64,000 nt of DNA, taken from NCBI RefSeq assembly GCF_009914755.1, contig NC_060930.1. One strand, given 5' to 3'. This DNA comes from the human T2T-CHM13v2.0 reference genome, Homo sapiens. Position numbers and translations under genes: made by a program. The notes under the pieces are model-generated. The model did not search any database and was not told the DNA's origin. It saw only the letters and a list, made by a program, of their open reading frames with translations. Position 1 is the stretch's first letter, and every line of letters starts with the position of its first letter. Shown piece after piece: positions 45,643 to 59,799 of the stretch.

Positions 45643-47841
45643 CAAGGTGCTCATCTATTCCCTTAGACACAAGTCCTGCCCTAGACTTGGCAAATTGCCT
45701 TTTCTGCCCAACCCACAGGATTGAGAATCTGAAGTGAAGTGGAAAATAAGAGCTGAAATAGAGCCATATTTGGGCACAAACCTTGAGAGATGAAAAGAAG
45801 GAAGGAAGTAGAGGATGTGCAAGCAGAATTAGAGAGTGTTAAATACGAAGTGTTCTCAGACAGAGGGAGAACAGCAAGCAAGCTGCAACCTGTCGGCCCA
45901 AGGGAACAAATTCCAGGTGTTCAGCGCTTCTCATTCCCCGCAACCCCACATCCCTTCATCTTTCTGTCCTTCTGCTAGGCTAATAAGACCAAGGAGACAC
46001 CCTCACGTCTTCCCAGTGTGTTTGGGTGGGATTATTTCCCATGATGATAGACAGGCTTTGTGCTAATGCTCCAGCACTGTCATGAGGAAAGATAGGGGAC
46101 ACTCAAACTTATTCCCTGCCACTTTCAAGCCCTGGCTGCAATCATTTTTTCCTACAAAATAACCTCAACTGAGAGAGAGCAAGAGAAGGATACCTCCTTA
46201 ATCAGGACAAGAAAGATGCTCTAGAGGTAAATGGGAAGTGTTCAAGATTATTGGGGAAAATGTGTACATCCTGGGAAGACATTCCACTGTCAAATGCTGG
46301 CCAGGAAGGAGAGGAATAAAAAGACATGGGAAGAGAGAAGGGAACGTAGGCTTTCCTTCTGGTGGCTCTCTGTGAGGTGGAAGTTAGACTGCCTCCACGA
46401 AACAGAAGAGTCGGCAGGAAAGGCTTCTTAGAATTCTGCCGCCCAGCGCTGACAGCCCTCGGCATATTTTCAGCACGAGGTACATTAACAAATAAGGAAA
46501 AGCATCCTCCTGGGCCTCTAATAACATTTACTTCATGCATCATTTCCTCAGAGGAATAGTAGGCTGTGTATTTTTTTATTCCCGGTGTGTCCTGCCTAAG
46601 AAATAAATACTAGCCAAGATCACCTGCTTACTTCTGTGTATTTTACAACCCTCCTTAAGCTTTGTTTGTCTTTCCCCAGTTCCTATTCTTCTTTCTATGC
46701 ACTCCATACTATGTAGGTCTAAATAAAAGGGGCACAAATTCTAAGACCCCAAGCTGGAATCACTGACTCTGCAGTGTCAAGACGTCTCAAATCTTTTATG
46801 GAAGGAGGCAGAGTAAGAATCCAGAATAAATAAATTGAATGGGCTATGCAGTGTAGACTGAAACTAGGATAAATAAGCAAAAATGAGAGTGGTTCCCAGG
46901 CCTCCAGGGATCCTGTCAGCCCTAGACATGTGCCAGGTGTTCTGGACTCTTCTATTGGCCTGAGTTAGCTTGAACCTCAATATGGGCTCCCGTCCTGGGC
47001 TGCACAGAACACCTGGCAACTCAAGCTTTATTCTCGGCCCTATGGTGAGGACTATCCTCCCAAGGCCCAGGTCTGCTGATTAACAAAGTAGCTCCAAGTT
47101 CTGAGTTCCCTCTTCTCCGTTTGTCCATCAGCCTCATTGGTGTTATAATCCCAGCAAACTCCAACAGGATCTATGCTGGGAAAAATAATTTTAAAGTTGA
47201 TCTTTCCATGCAACTTCAAGGGTCTTTTTGCCACAACTCTCAGCCCCTATGATACTTTAAGCTCCCACCACGCACTCGGCCAGAGGGGCAGTGGGAAGCC
47301 CCCACTGACCCCAAAGGACAGACCTCACCCAGCTCTATCTGATGCTTCCTCAAGAGAAATGGAAAAACTAGGTGGAGCACACGCTCTGGGCTGCAAAGCC
47401 TGAAGCTGCAGTAATGACATAGAAAAAATGATTATGAAATAAAATGTTAAATGGAAAACAGAGTATGGAACTGTGCCTACATTACAGCTATAACTACATA
47501 AAATGTATTTATTTAGTAAGAGAACATAGAACATGAAAAACACAAAAATGGCCATTTATTGCGATGGTGAGTCACGGGCAAAGTTTTACTTTCATTTCAA
47601 TTTTCATTAACATATTGCAATGTTATTTGTGCAACACAGAAAATAAATGAACCGTCTGATCCCACGAAGCTACGTACTACAGTTACTCCTGTTGTGAGCT
47701 GAACTTGCAGTTCAGTTTCCTCAAACCTACACCTATACTGACCTACTGTAAATGTAACTAACTCACCACCCCACCAATCCTGCAACTTTAACTACTGAAA
47801 TAACTGACTTCAAACCCCCTCATATTCATGCTGCTTCTTGC

Positions 47842-48270
47842 TGCCATAGTGTGGATATTGTCCCTCCAAACCTCATGATGAAGTCTGATCACCAGTGTTG
47901 GAGATGGGCCTCATGGGAGGTGTTTGGGTCATGGGGGGTGGATCCCTCATGAATGGCTTGGTGCCATCATCCTTGTGGTAATGGCTGAGTTCTAACTCTT
48001 AGTTCCCATGGGAGCTGGTTGTTAAAAACAGCCTGACACCTCTGATTCCCTCTTGCCTCCTCTCTTACCATGTCCTCTCTGCACATGCCAGCTCCTGTTC
48101 ACTGCCACTCCTGCCACGAGTGGAAGCAGCCTGAGGTCCTCATCAGAAGCAGATGCTAGTGTCGTATGTCTTGTGCATCCTGCAGAACCATGAGCCAAAT
48201 AAACCTCTTTTCTTTATAAATTACACAGCCTCAGGTGTTCCTTTATAGCAACACACAACAGATCAAGACA
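47842..48270 (+). mobile_element. MaLR solo LTR (MSTB-like)
   Basis: tgccatagtgtggat...gatcaagaca; 5-bp TSD CTTGC. Confidence 0.92.
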
Positions 48271-49593
48271 CTTGCCTTATCCCAACATTTATACCAGAAC
48301 AGAGGCATTTGTCCTCTGCTGCCTTTTCAACCCACCAAGGGTTGAAATGCCAAGGCTTTCGTGAGTGAGTGTGCAGATATCAAGCCATATCTGCATCATT
48401 TATTAATGACCAGACTTACTTAACATCATGTTAATTTCTATACAGACCATTTTAAATCAGTTCAAGAAATGCTTGAATATGTTGCCATGTTCTCAGAATG
48501 GTACCAGTACCACCAGGGACCTGAAAGAACTAAAAGGAGAAAGATTTCTGTCTTTGGCCATATCCGTCAAGTAAGGGAGAGCTCATAGTTGAATGTGGGG
48601 GACAGTGGCAGGGTTGCTGGTCTTAGAAGACTGGGAAGAGGTGAGCTGTGCTGTTGCAAAGTGCACTATTTCCCCCATGATGTCTGTGGAAGCTGAATCA
48701 CTTTTGTAACTTAAGAACCATGCTCTTTATGGCATCACTTTTAAGAAGGACTACAGAACAATGCTGTAAATCATTCAGTGGGACACACTGTATGGTAAGA
48801 AAGGAGAGAGAGGGAGGAAAGTAGACGGCAGAATAATATTTATGAAAGGATTAAAAAAATAAGTAAACCGGAAAGTGAGTAATTAGGTTGAGAAAGAATT
48901 TGTATAAAGACAGCTCCAGAAAGATTTACAGCAGTAATCCCTAATTTTTTTCACCACCGAGGGCCACCTTTACTACTTTTCTCAGTAGGATGCACATCTT
49001 CACAAATTTTTGTCTACTAATCACAAAACATCTATTGCGTACTGATTAATTTGTTTCATCATTTGGGTTCACTGACAACATCCAGAATTGCCAATCAGAG
49101 CTTTTAATCATTACAAACTAACTTATATTAACACAACTGATGTAAAATGATTTTCTCCCCCCAAAACGATGACTTTGCATTTAGTCATCCCAGCCTCACT
49201 GCAGATTCCCACTAAGCTTTTTGAAATACTGAAAATAGCTCAAGAGTCAATTATGATCAGAGTATTGAAAGGTATAGGGACCCTGGGGTTGAAATTCTCA
49301 AGGTCTGCCGTAGCCAAGAAGACCAGGGACCCGCAAAAGCAGACTCAGGTTGGAAGGCACTGGGCTTGCATGTGGTAAGTTTGCTCAGAGGAAGAGGATT
49401 ATGAGTCCTATGGAAAGACTCACAGGCATTAGTGGGCATCAGCAAATGGCTAGGAGGCCCAGGAAGTCCAGTGAGAGGCAGATGGCACCTCTACGTGGAT
49501 GAGTTTTATTTCTTAGTACCTCCTCACATCTATCTTTCGTTATCTTTCCTGGTGTTACCTTCGCTAATCACATTAAGAAGTTGTTGGTCTCTG

Positions 49594-49801
<208 letters not shown>

Positions 49802-50659
49802 TGTTGGTCTCTTTTTAATGAAACAGTGACTTAGTATTCTTGTAGAGAATTGACATATGTAAGCCTGCCATTATTGCTTTCAAATTTAGATCCCTCTGTT
49901 CCTGCTCTGGGCTCGACTGTAACCTGTATACTAGAAAAGGAAAAAAGAAAGACATTTGTATATGTCTTATTTCAACTCCCAGTAGCCTCACAAACTGGAC
50001 TGTGGACTAACAGAAGTACAGAACTGGAAAGGGAAGAACTCTGTGCCCTGCAGGAGCCCACTGTTGGCCCGGAGTGTGTGTGACAGCAGGGTGGAAGAGG
50101 AGTGGTTCCAGCAGAGAACAGGGAACAGGGAGGTACGACTGGGAAGGACAGACCTTCTGTAGGCAAAGCCCATGCATAAAGAAGCTTTTAGGAATGAATT
50201 AGGTTTGATCTACAATGAAATAACTACTACAGGAGCCATGTCCCAAGGAGTAGTCTATAACCAGTAAAGGAGAAGCCCTATAGTAAAAGACTAACGTTCT
50301 TTCACTTTGTTTAACCCAGAAATTCCCAAGGTAATTTAACCACAGAAATCTTCTATGCGATATGTAGTAACACTCCCTCACATCCCATTAAGTCAATGGA
50401 AACAGTGAGCAGAGGGTTTAGAATGTGGAAAATCCTCATGTTGACTAAATGGTCATTGGAATGCTGTGACCAGAGATACTGACTTAGCAACTCAGAAGAT
50501 TCAGAGGATGAGACATAGACACTCAATAAGACAGTGTAGAAAAAGAGAATTCAGATGAGACGAGGAACTTAAATTCTTGTTGCTATTTGGGTACCCTCAA
50601 AAAACAAAAACAAAGAGAGAAAGAAAAGTGAAAAATGGAGAGGAAACTGTCAGAGAATG

Positions 50660-51154
50660 TGCATGAGTTTATTGTGACTGCTATAACAAAGGACCACAAA
50701 CCGGCGGTCTTAACACAACAGAAGCTTATTCTCTCAGAGTCCTGAAGACCAGAAGCCCAAAGTCAGTATCACTGGACTGCAATAAAGGTGTCAGCAGGGT
50801 CATATTCTGTCTGGAGGCTCTAAGGGAGAATCCTCATGCCTCCTTCAGTTCCTGGTGGCTGCTGGCTTGGGTGGTGGCTGCATCACTCTTCTCTTCAAGA
50901 CCAGCATCTTCAAAGCTCTCTCTGCTCTGTCTTTGCATGACCTATCCTATGGGTGTGTTGTCAAATCCCTCTCTGCCTGTCTCTCTTTAGCTCTCTTAAA
51001 GACACTTGTGAATGCATTTAGGGCCCACCAGGAAAATCCAGGAAACACTCTCCATCTTAGGACCATTAAATTAATCACACCTGCAAAGATATACCCCTCC
51101 TCTTGAAGAATTAGGACATGAATATCTTTGCAGGCCATATTTTAGCCTACCATA
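50660..51154 (-). mobile_element. MaLR LTR (MLT1C-like)
   Basis: gctataacaaaggaccacaaac...aggtgtcagcaggg...tttagcctaccata. Confidence 0.88.
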
Positions 51155-51213
51155 GAGGGCAATTAAAATGATTTGGAAATAAAGGAAGAAGAAGCTTTTA
51201 AGAAGAGAGTGTG

Positions 51214-51741
51214 CTATTGTGAATAGTGCTGTAATGAACATATGCGTATGTGTATCTTTATAACAGAATGATTTACATTCCTTTGGCTATATACCCAGAA
51301 ATGGGATGGCTGGGTCAAATGGTATTTCTGGTTCTAAAACTTTGAGGAATTGCTACACTGTCTTCCACAATGGTTGAACTAATTTAAATTCCCACCAACA
51401 GGGTAAAAGCATTCCTATTTCTCTGCAACCTCAGCAGCATCTGTTGTCTCTTGACTTTTTAATAATCGCAATTCTGACTGGCATGAGATGGTATCTCATT
51501 GTGGTTTTGATTTGCATTTCTCTAATGATCAGTGATGTTGAGCTTTTCAGTGGGGGGGAACATTAGGGAAAAGAGCTAATGCATGCTGGGCTTAATATCT
51601 AGGTGATGGGTTGATAGGTACAGCAAACCACCATGGTACACTTTTACCTGTGTAAGAAACCTGCACATCCGCACATCCGGCACACGTGCCCTGGAACTTA
51701 AAAAAAAAAAAAAAAACAAGAAAGTAATTATTTTTTTAAAA
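51214..51741 (+). mobile_element. L1PA (PA13-like) with 5' inversion (about 51214-51548 antisense)
   Basis: Antisense ORF2 end, then sense 3' UTR and poly-A; TSD aagaaga(g/a)agtgtg at 51200-51213 and 51742-51755. Confidence 0.92.
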
Positions 51742-52749
51742 AAGAAGAAAGTGTGGTCAAGGTCATCATGCTGCAAAGATAATAAGAAAGGGAAGAATTT
51801 AAAGAGCAGCTCATATCGAGCAGTTAGAAGGCTGCTGATGGACATGGTCAGAGCATTCCAGTGCATTCCACTATGGGGGAAGCCCCACTTGAGAGTGTTG
51901 AGGAGAAATGGACCATGAGGAAGTATAAATAGAAACAGAGAGTTTCATACATTTTTAAAAGCTACATAAAAACATAGTTACATTTATGAAGTATAATTTG
52001 GTGATGGATTGCAATCACTACATTATAAAGATAAATTTGAAAAGAAAATGAACTTCGGAGTTAGTTTTGTGCTTCTTCTTCACTTGCGAACATCTCTGAA
52101 TAATATTTTCCCAATGCTTACTGCCCTCAGGTTTTCATGTCTCCTCTAATTAGTGCTCTATTTTTCCTGCTCACAGTTCCCTGCCTTCTTCCTTTCTTTC
52201 TCTTACATCCTGTTCTCTGTTCTCCCACTAGACCTGGCCTTCATCCATTTCTCAGTAAGGAAACCTGAGTGTCCAGCCCTTATCTAAGCACAGTTGATAA
52301 AGAGTCATGGATATAACAGAAAGAAGAGGATTTCCAAGAGCAAGAAATATTTTATTATATATTTGTTAGAAGGGCTAAAATCAATGAGAAATAGGAAGGG
52401 AAATAAGGAAGAAAATAGGGTTTAAAACATTTGGCACCAACCACAGATAGACATACATAATCAAGTATGTAGAAACATGGAAGAATTAGCCAAAAATAAT
52501 ATGGACAATAAGCAAAATAAGATTTGTACAAATCTTCTAAAGAATTCATGTCTTTGTTACTGTTTTTTCCCATTTGACTTATATATTTATTCCCAGAATA
52601 AAATGAAAACACAGTGGCATAGTGGGGCTCAATTTATCTCATCTCATAAATACCTTATGATATCTAAGAGGTTAAGGGCTTTGGAATCCCAAATCTTTTG
52701 GGACAGAGGACAGGAGAGTTTATAAGAAAATTAGAAGTCCTGTGTCTTT

Positions 52750-53232
52750 AAATGTTTATAAGCAGCTTTATTCATAATAGCCCAAATTAGGAACCACCCT
52801 AATGTCCATCAACTGACTAATGGATCAACAAATTATGGTGCATCCATATAATTGAAAAATACTTAGCAGTAAAGAGGAATGAACTGCTGATACACACAAC
52901 AGAATCAATGGATCTCCAAAACATTATGCTGAGTGAGGGAAGGCAGACTCAAATGCACACATTCGTATGATTTCATTTACAGAATGGATAAGAAAGATAA
53001 ATGTAACCTATGCTGAAAGGAAATACATCTGTGGTTGCCTGTGGCCAGGGGCATCAGGGGTAGTAACAAGAAAGAGCACAGGGAACATTTTGAGAATGAT
53101 GAAAATGTTCTATAGCTTGATGCTGGGGTGGCTACGTTTGTATAAATTTGTCCAAGCACACCAGAAGGTACATTTAAAATGGGTGCCTTTTATTATATGC
53201 AAATTATACCCCAATGAAATTGATTTTTTAAA
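52750..53232 (+). mobile_element. L1ME-like 3' end
   Basis: gcagctttattcataatagccc, aaaacattatgctgagtga, gcaaattataccccaatgaa. Confidence 0.85.
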
Positions 53233-53935
53233 GTGTGTGTTATCTTTTTGAGGGGGTACTAATATTCATTCCTTAGAATAATATTCATGTTTTTTTCTCT
53301 CTGCTTTGGAAAAGATGAAGTAGGTTGGCTACCCTGAGACTAACTGGAGTGAGGGAGCAAATATTCTATCCCCAGGGACCTGGGAAAGGCAGCACAGTCA
53401 GCATAGCACACTTCATTCGTCCACATCCTCCATTCTCTGGGGATAAGAGAGCTTTGTTAACTGAGAAGTCAGTGTATCCAAAAATCACCCACAAAGAGGC
53501 AATAAATAGATGCAAAAACACAAAACATCCACAAAATATGGAAAGGGCAAATTCACAAATTTCTACTTTCATAGAAAGAACAACAGTGATCACTCATGCC
53601 AATAATGGTAACAATGCTATCAAGCAGTCCCATCCGAAGTCCTCATGCCAATCATCTGTTCTGGCATTGCAGTGATCTATATAACTGAAAAACCCTGTTG
53701 CTACACAGCACTGAGAAATACTGAATCAAATATAGTAAACATTCCTTTCATGCAAAGCTGAATTTGTAAGACTCAGAAAAATTATCAGGGGCAAATAAGA
53801 AACGAAAAGCCAAGCAAGGACAGAAAATGAGGATTTGTGTTTGCAGAAGGTGGGAAGTGTAACTAGAGCTACCTGCATTAATCCAGACCCCTAAATGCCC
53901 AAATGGATGAGACGGTCAGGGGAAGAGGGCATGCC

Positions 53936-54310
53936 TGTTGTCACAGGTTCTTCTCCCTGGAAATAAGACTATGAGGCAGAGCTTAGCATGCAGGACAGTT
54001 TACTAGTGGTGCTCTTAGGATTGATGCCTGTGTGGGGAAGAATGGGAGCAGGATTGGGCAGGAGAAGCAGAACTGCCACATACCCATGGCAAGGCCTTGT
54101 CCAGCCCCACAGGGAGTTCTGAAGCTGGATAGTACTTCAGAGTTGTCCTCAGGTGGAGTCCAGGGAGCCCAGCTTTTGTACCATTGAATGCAGGCTGCTC
54201 CTAAGAAACAGGCCTGACCTTTAGCTAAGGAAAATCCCCAGGCTTCAGCTGTCAGCGGGTAGAACTCCCAGTAACTGGGAAAATAAGTCCTTCAGGCCTG
54301 AAAGGCAGTG
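53936..54310 (-). mobile_element. ERVL LTR16-like LTR
   Basis: gcatgcagg...gtgctcttagga...gcaggattgggcag...cagccccacagggagttctgaagct. Confidence 0.65.
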
Positions 54311-54746
54311 TATAAGTGAAGAAATGTGAGTAATCTCTGTGGTTTCTATCAGTGCCAATTTCCTGGGATTGTGGAGCACATTCTGGCATATCTTACAGTG
54401 TTTTAGTTTGTCTCTCTCAGCCTGAGTAGACCAAAAATAAAAAATAAATTCCTAGAACTATTAACAAAAATGTCTGCCCTCACATGGGTTTCAGGTTTTA
54501 ATTCACACTATTTAATTGGTCTGTGAACTCCCAAGCAAATGAATCACTTTAAAGCATTTTCAGACTAGTAATACCCTGGGGTATCTGGCTTAAGTAAACA
54601 AAAATCTCTCTGGAAGAGTACATATTCAACCCAGGAAGCAAAAGAGTTCCATAGACAGGGCCCCAAAAAGCATGAGCTTGCAATACAAAATAAAGACATG
54701 GAAAAGTAATCTGCCATAAGCAAAAATAACAAGTAGAAAAATTAAA

Positions 54747-54866
54747 GGAGGCAGAGGCGGGAGAATCTCTTGAACGCGGGAGGCGGAGGTTGCCATGAGC
54801 CAAGATCAAGCCACTGCACTTCAGCCTGGGTGGCAGAGTGAGACGCCATCTCAAAAAAAAAAAAAA
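54747..54866 (+). mobile_element. Alu right-arm fragment (5'-truncated)
   Basis: ggaggcagaggcgggagaatctcttgaac...catctc followed by poly-A. Confidence 0.9.
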
Positions 54867-54899
54867 GAATTCAACACCAAAGAAACCCATGTAATCAAC

Positions 54900-57300
54900 T
54901 TTTAAAAAATAGATCATAAAAGGCATATCTGTTGCTTAAGGCATTAAGAATTATTTATAAAATTAAAATGAAAAAAGCAACAGAAACCATTAAAGAGATC
55001 AACATATATGAAAAAACTGTTTATATATTATTGAAAAATTTGAAATTTCTTTCTCTTTAGAGAATACCTATTTTATTATCTATTTTAAAAAATTGTATCT
55101 AAACCAGATACAGAGAAAGAGAACTCTGGAAACCAGACAATAGAACTAAGAAAGAAAGCACCCAGAATAAAGAGATGAAAAAATTTAAAGAGGGGTTAAA
55201 GACTTGGGACATCAAATGAGAAAACTCAAACTTTATTAATTAGGAGACAAGAGAAGAATTGGGCAGAGGAAAAGTTGCAAGTGATAATGACTAAGGATTT
55301 TCTAGGAATGATGAAATATATGAATCCTGTGATTCACAGAAGTAAAAGATTCAACACAGGAAAAGTGTGCCTACACATCACCAAAACAAAAAGATCTTAA
55401 AAGCAAGCAGAAGAAAAAAGAACCTATCTAAAACAGAAAAATAATGAAAAGAAGGGTAACCAACTTTTCAACAGCAACAATGAAGGTAGAATGCAGCAGT
55501 GAACTTCTATTTTATTTTTTTTAAATTTATAAACAGCTAAACTACGTTTTAAAAATTTGAGGATGAATATGACCCACCAGTTGCACTTTTGGGCGTTTGT
55601 CCCAGAGAAACTTATGTCCACATAAAAATTTGTACATGAATGTTCATAGCCATTTGTAATAGCCAAAAACTGTTAACTACCCAAATGTTCTTCAATATGT
55701 GAATGGTTAAACAAACGATCATATATCCATGCCACGGAATACTACTCAGCAACAAAAAGAAGTGAGCTATGGATACATACAAAAACCTGAATCTCCACAG
55801 AAGAATGCTGAGTGAAAAAGCCAATCTCGAAAGGCTACAAACTGCATGACTTCATTTATATAACACTGTTGAAATAAAATTAGAGAGAGAACATGGAGAT
55901 CTGGCTGCCAGGGGGGTTAGGGATGGAGGGGTAAGGAGTGGGTATCTTTAAAGGGTAGCATAAGGGAACCTGCGAAGATAGCACAGGTAAGTATCTTGAC
56001 CTAGTGTAGTGTCATGGAGTTATCCATCTGACAATAATTGAAAGGGGATTGGAGGGGAGAGAGAAAGAGAGAGAGAAATTAGTGTGTATCTAGGGAGTGA
56101 AATCTGAATGAACTCTAGTTTGTATCAACACCAATTTCCTGGAATTGAAGCTGTACTATAACCGAAGAAGATATTCCATAGAGGGAGGCTGGGTGAAGGG
56201 TGCACAGGACCTCTCTGTGCTATCCTTGCAGCTTCCTGTAAATCTACAACTAAAACATAATAATAAAAATTATTATACTAATAATTTTAATAAAGTATAT
56301 TAAAATAATAAAATAATAACAACATAGCATTAAAAACATAGCATAGAAGAAATCAAAGTAGAATTAAAGCATGTTTAGAACAGAAAAAAAATATTTATTT
56401 ACCACTAGCAGATCGTCATTGATGATCTATTTCCAGAGAAAGGAAATATTGGATATATTTATATTGACTAGATATATTTCTTGAGAAAGGAGAATTATCT
56501 TAGAGGGAAAAAAGCAATTATGAACTAAAAAACTTGTATACATGTAAATGAGTTTAACAAGAATGGACTACTTCAAAGAATAACAATAATACTATCTAAT
56601 TTTGAGTGTTATGATAATAAGGTAGAAATGAAGCACTATAGTAACATGTAAGATGGAAAAAGATTTATCCAAAATAAAGAATTTTAAGATTTATACAACA
56701 GCCTAGAGGAAACTAGAGATAATAATTGATGTTAGACTTTATTCGCTCAATTATTCACATTAACATTTAAGGGGTAAACGCTAGGAAAAAAACACGAACA
56801 AACCAAAAGAAGCCAGGAGAGGAGGGGGAAAGGAGGAGTTAAAGGAACAAAATAAGTTAGTAGAAATAAATCCAGTTATTCATGATCATACTAAATATAA
56901 ATGGAATAAATTTCCCAGGTAAAGATTAGAGATCATCAGATTTGATAATTATAATAAATGCATACACAAAAAAAATAAACTCCAGTTACGTTCTCTTTAT
57001 GGAAGTCCCAATGAAACATAAAGACACAGAAAGTTCGAAAGTAAAAGGAAAATGTTAACCAAAACAAAGTTAGTGGAGCCATATTTATATCAGACAATAA
57101 AAATCTTCACGTAAATCATAATCAGTATTTTTGTATTAATGAAAAACTTGAAACAACCTAAATATTTATCATTAAAATTATAAATAAATACAGGAATACT
57201 ATGCAATCATTAAAATCATTGAACTAGAACAACATATATAAATGTAGAGATGTCCAAAACTTAATTGTGTAGGGGAAAAAGGCAAATTGCTATAAAATAA
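54900..57300 (+). mobile_element. Degraded old L1M segments (ORF1/EN-like)
   Basis: A-rich; ctaaatataaatggaataaatttcccag (LNINGINFP) and atatttatatcagacaa resemble the L1 endonuclease N-terminus. Confidence 0.55.
55560..56260 (+). mobile_element. L1MD/MC-like 3' end
   Basis: atatgacccaccagttgcac, gctgagtgaaaaagccaatctc, gggtgaagggtgcacaggacctctctgt. Confidence 0.8.
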
Positions 57301-57724
57301 ACTATGAAATTTTTAATATAAGGTTAAGAAACAAGTAACAAATTTTTCAGCCTGTTATATTGCCAGTGATATTTGCCTTCCTTTATATAGCTCCATGCCC
57401 ATGGAAACTGCAAAATTCACTCATCCCTTCATCCAGGTCTCTATCAGGAGAGGGGGAAAAAAGTATTTGAATAGTGAAAGGCTGGGCCAACTGGACTCAA
57501 TAGAAGGTAAAATTAATCTCAGATGGCCAGGGTAGTGAGGGTTTCGTCGCCAAGGACTGCCAGTACAGCTTGGAAATAACGGTTCCTTCAAAGCAATTTC
57601 AACATTTCAGATTCTGCCTGAAAAGAACCAATCAGGAAAAAGTAATTATCTGGGGGGGGAAAAAGGCAATGTTAAAGAAACAAAGTTACAAGCAACAAGC
57701 TCAGCAAATAATCAAAAACATATA

Positions 57725-58490
57725 TTCTATGGTCTGAATGTTTGTGTCCCCTGAAAATTCCTGTGTTAAAACTTAATCACCAATGTGATGGTATTAGGAT
57801 ATGGGGCCTTTAGGAGATAATTAGGTTTAGATGAGATCTTGAAGACAGAACCCCCATGAAGAGGATGAGTGCCTCCAGCAAACTCCCTCCCTGTGTTAGT
57901 CTGTTTTGTCTTGCTATAAAGAAATACCCAAGGCTGAGTGATTTATGAAGAAAAGAAGTTTATTTGGCTCATGGTTCTGCAGGCTGTACTGGAAACATAG
58001 TGCCAGCATCTGCTTCTGGTGAGGCCTCAGGGAGCTTACAATCGTGGCAGAAGGCAAAGGGGGAGCCGGCATATCAGATGGTGAGAAAAGGAGCAAGAGA
58101 GATGCAAGGGAGGCAGCAAACTCTTTTTAACAAATGGATCTCATGTGAACTCATGACCACAGGGAGGGCACCAAGCCATTCATAGAGGATCTGTCCCAGT
58201 GACCCAACACTTCCCAGTAGGTCCCAGCTCCAACATTTTGAGTCACATTTCAACATGAGATTTGGAGGGGACAAATATCCAAACTATATCACCCTCCCCC
58301 TCCACCATGTGAGGACACAGCTAGAAAACACCATCTATGAACCAGAAAGCAGGCCCTCCCCAAACACTGAATCTGCCAGCACCTTGATCTTGGACTTCCC
58401 AGCCCCTAGAACTGTAGGAAATAAATGCCTGCTGTTTATAAGCCACCCAGCGTATGGTATCTGTTACAGTAGCCCAAAAGGACTAAGACA
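57725..58490 (+). mobile_element. MaLR LTR (MSTD/MLT1A-like), split by a nested LTR
   Basis: ctatggtctgaatgtttgtgtcccc...ggactaagaca. Confidence 0.87.
57892..58291 (-). mobile_element. MaLR LTR (MSTB-like) nested in opposite orientation
   Basis: tgtgttagtctgttt...ccaaactatatca; flanked by ccctccc on both sides. Confidence 0.9.
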
Positions 58491-58594
58491 AAAATGTTCA
58501 AGTTTCCAGTGAACTATTTCACTAGCATTGGCCCATCATACCACCTCCACAGATAAAATTACTATAGTTTATGAGGTAGTCTATGAATAAATAA

Positions 58595-58770
58595 ATATAC
58601 ATATATGTATATATACTTTATGTGTATGTATATAAATATATACGTATTTATATATGTATGTTTATTAACATATATGTAAGTACACATATATGTAACTATA
58701 CATGTGTAAATATACATATATACTTTATATATGTATATATACTTTATGTGTGTGTATCTATGTATAGAAA
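58595..58770. repeat. Degenerate (TA/TG)n low-complexity tract
   Basis: Seen directly. Confidence 0.85.
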
Positions 58771-59799
58771 GTATAGATTAAAGATGTTTTTTTAAAAGTG
58801 AGGGAATGGGTACCAAATGCTGACTGTGATAGGTTTATGTCCTAGGTTACCCCTAAATGCTAAAGCATCTATCTCAGAGCCTGTTGTTCTTGTGCACTGT
58901 GACATTTCCCCAGCTGTGTTGGATCCAAACCTTCATACACAGCATAATCATTCACATGTCACTGAGAAATGCTTGAAATTGCAGCTACACAGAGACATGG
59001 CTAGTTTAAGGCAAATGGGAAAGCAAGACTGTAAATCTTCTGATTGTTACAAAAGAAAACAGAATTTTGGTTCCCAGGGCCAAGAGAAATTACTCTTCTC
59101 CATGCAGCACTCGTGCAGGGCAGCCAGGAGCTTCTCCCTGGGTCCCACGTGTCATCAGAAGTGATCTCGCAACAGAGGCTGACAGTGGCATTTGATAAGT
59201 GCACAGGGAACATCAGATCATCCAGGAAAATATCTTTGTCATGGGTAACTTCAGCCCATTCCACATTTGAATATGGCAACTCCATTCCATAATTAGAAGG
59301 ACAGATTAGGATGGATGGTGTAGTTATGATGAATAATAATGTTATCAGTGCTAGTGGACTTTTTTTTTTTTTTTTGGCTGTTACTATAATACATTTAGAA
59401 GCAAGAGGCTCTGCATGAGGTTTGGCCCCCATCCCTTCTGTCTAGTTGTTCTCTATCCTGTTTTAAAAATTACTATGGAAGTGCAGTCCTATAAAGAGTC
59501 TGTTTGGAGTGCAGGTTCTACAGGGAATTTCTTCTAATCCCAGTCTTGAGGAATTATTAAGAAATTGCTTTATTTAACTGATAGCCTGCTGGACACAGGA
59601 AGCACAAACTTGGCAAGAGCAAAACAGAATTTCTATTTTCTCCCTCTCCCATGAGTGGGCTGCTTCTGTACTCCTGCTTTGAGTTAATGCCCCTACCCCA
59701 ACTCCGTTTCTCAAACTGGGGCCCTTGTTGCCATCTTGTCCCTGCCCCTAACCCCATCCCTTCAAGGCACAAATAGATCTGACACTTGCTTCTCCCACC

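Noticed and set aside
48930-49232. Possible hAT-Charlie remnant
   Set aside because: TIR-like ends are too degraded to support a call
49300-49380. Exon ending at the GTAAGT donor near 49375
   Set aside because: Weak acceptor and no coding similarity
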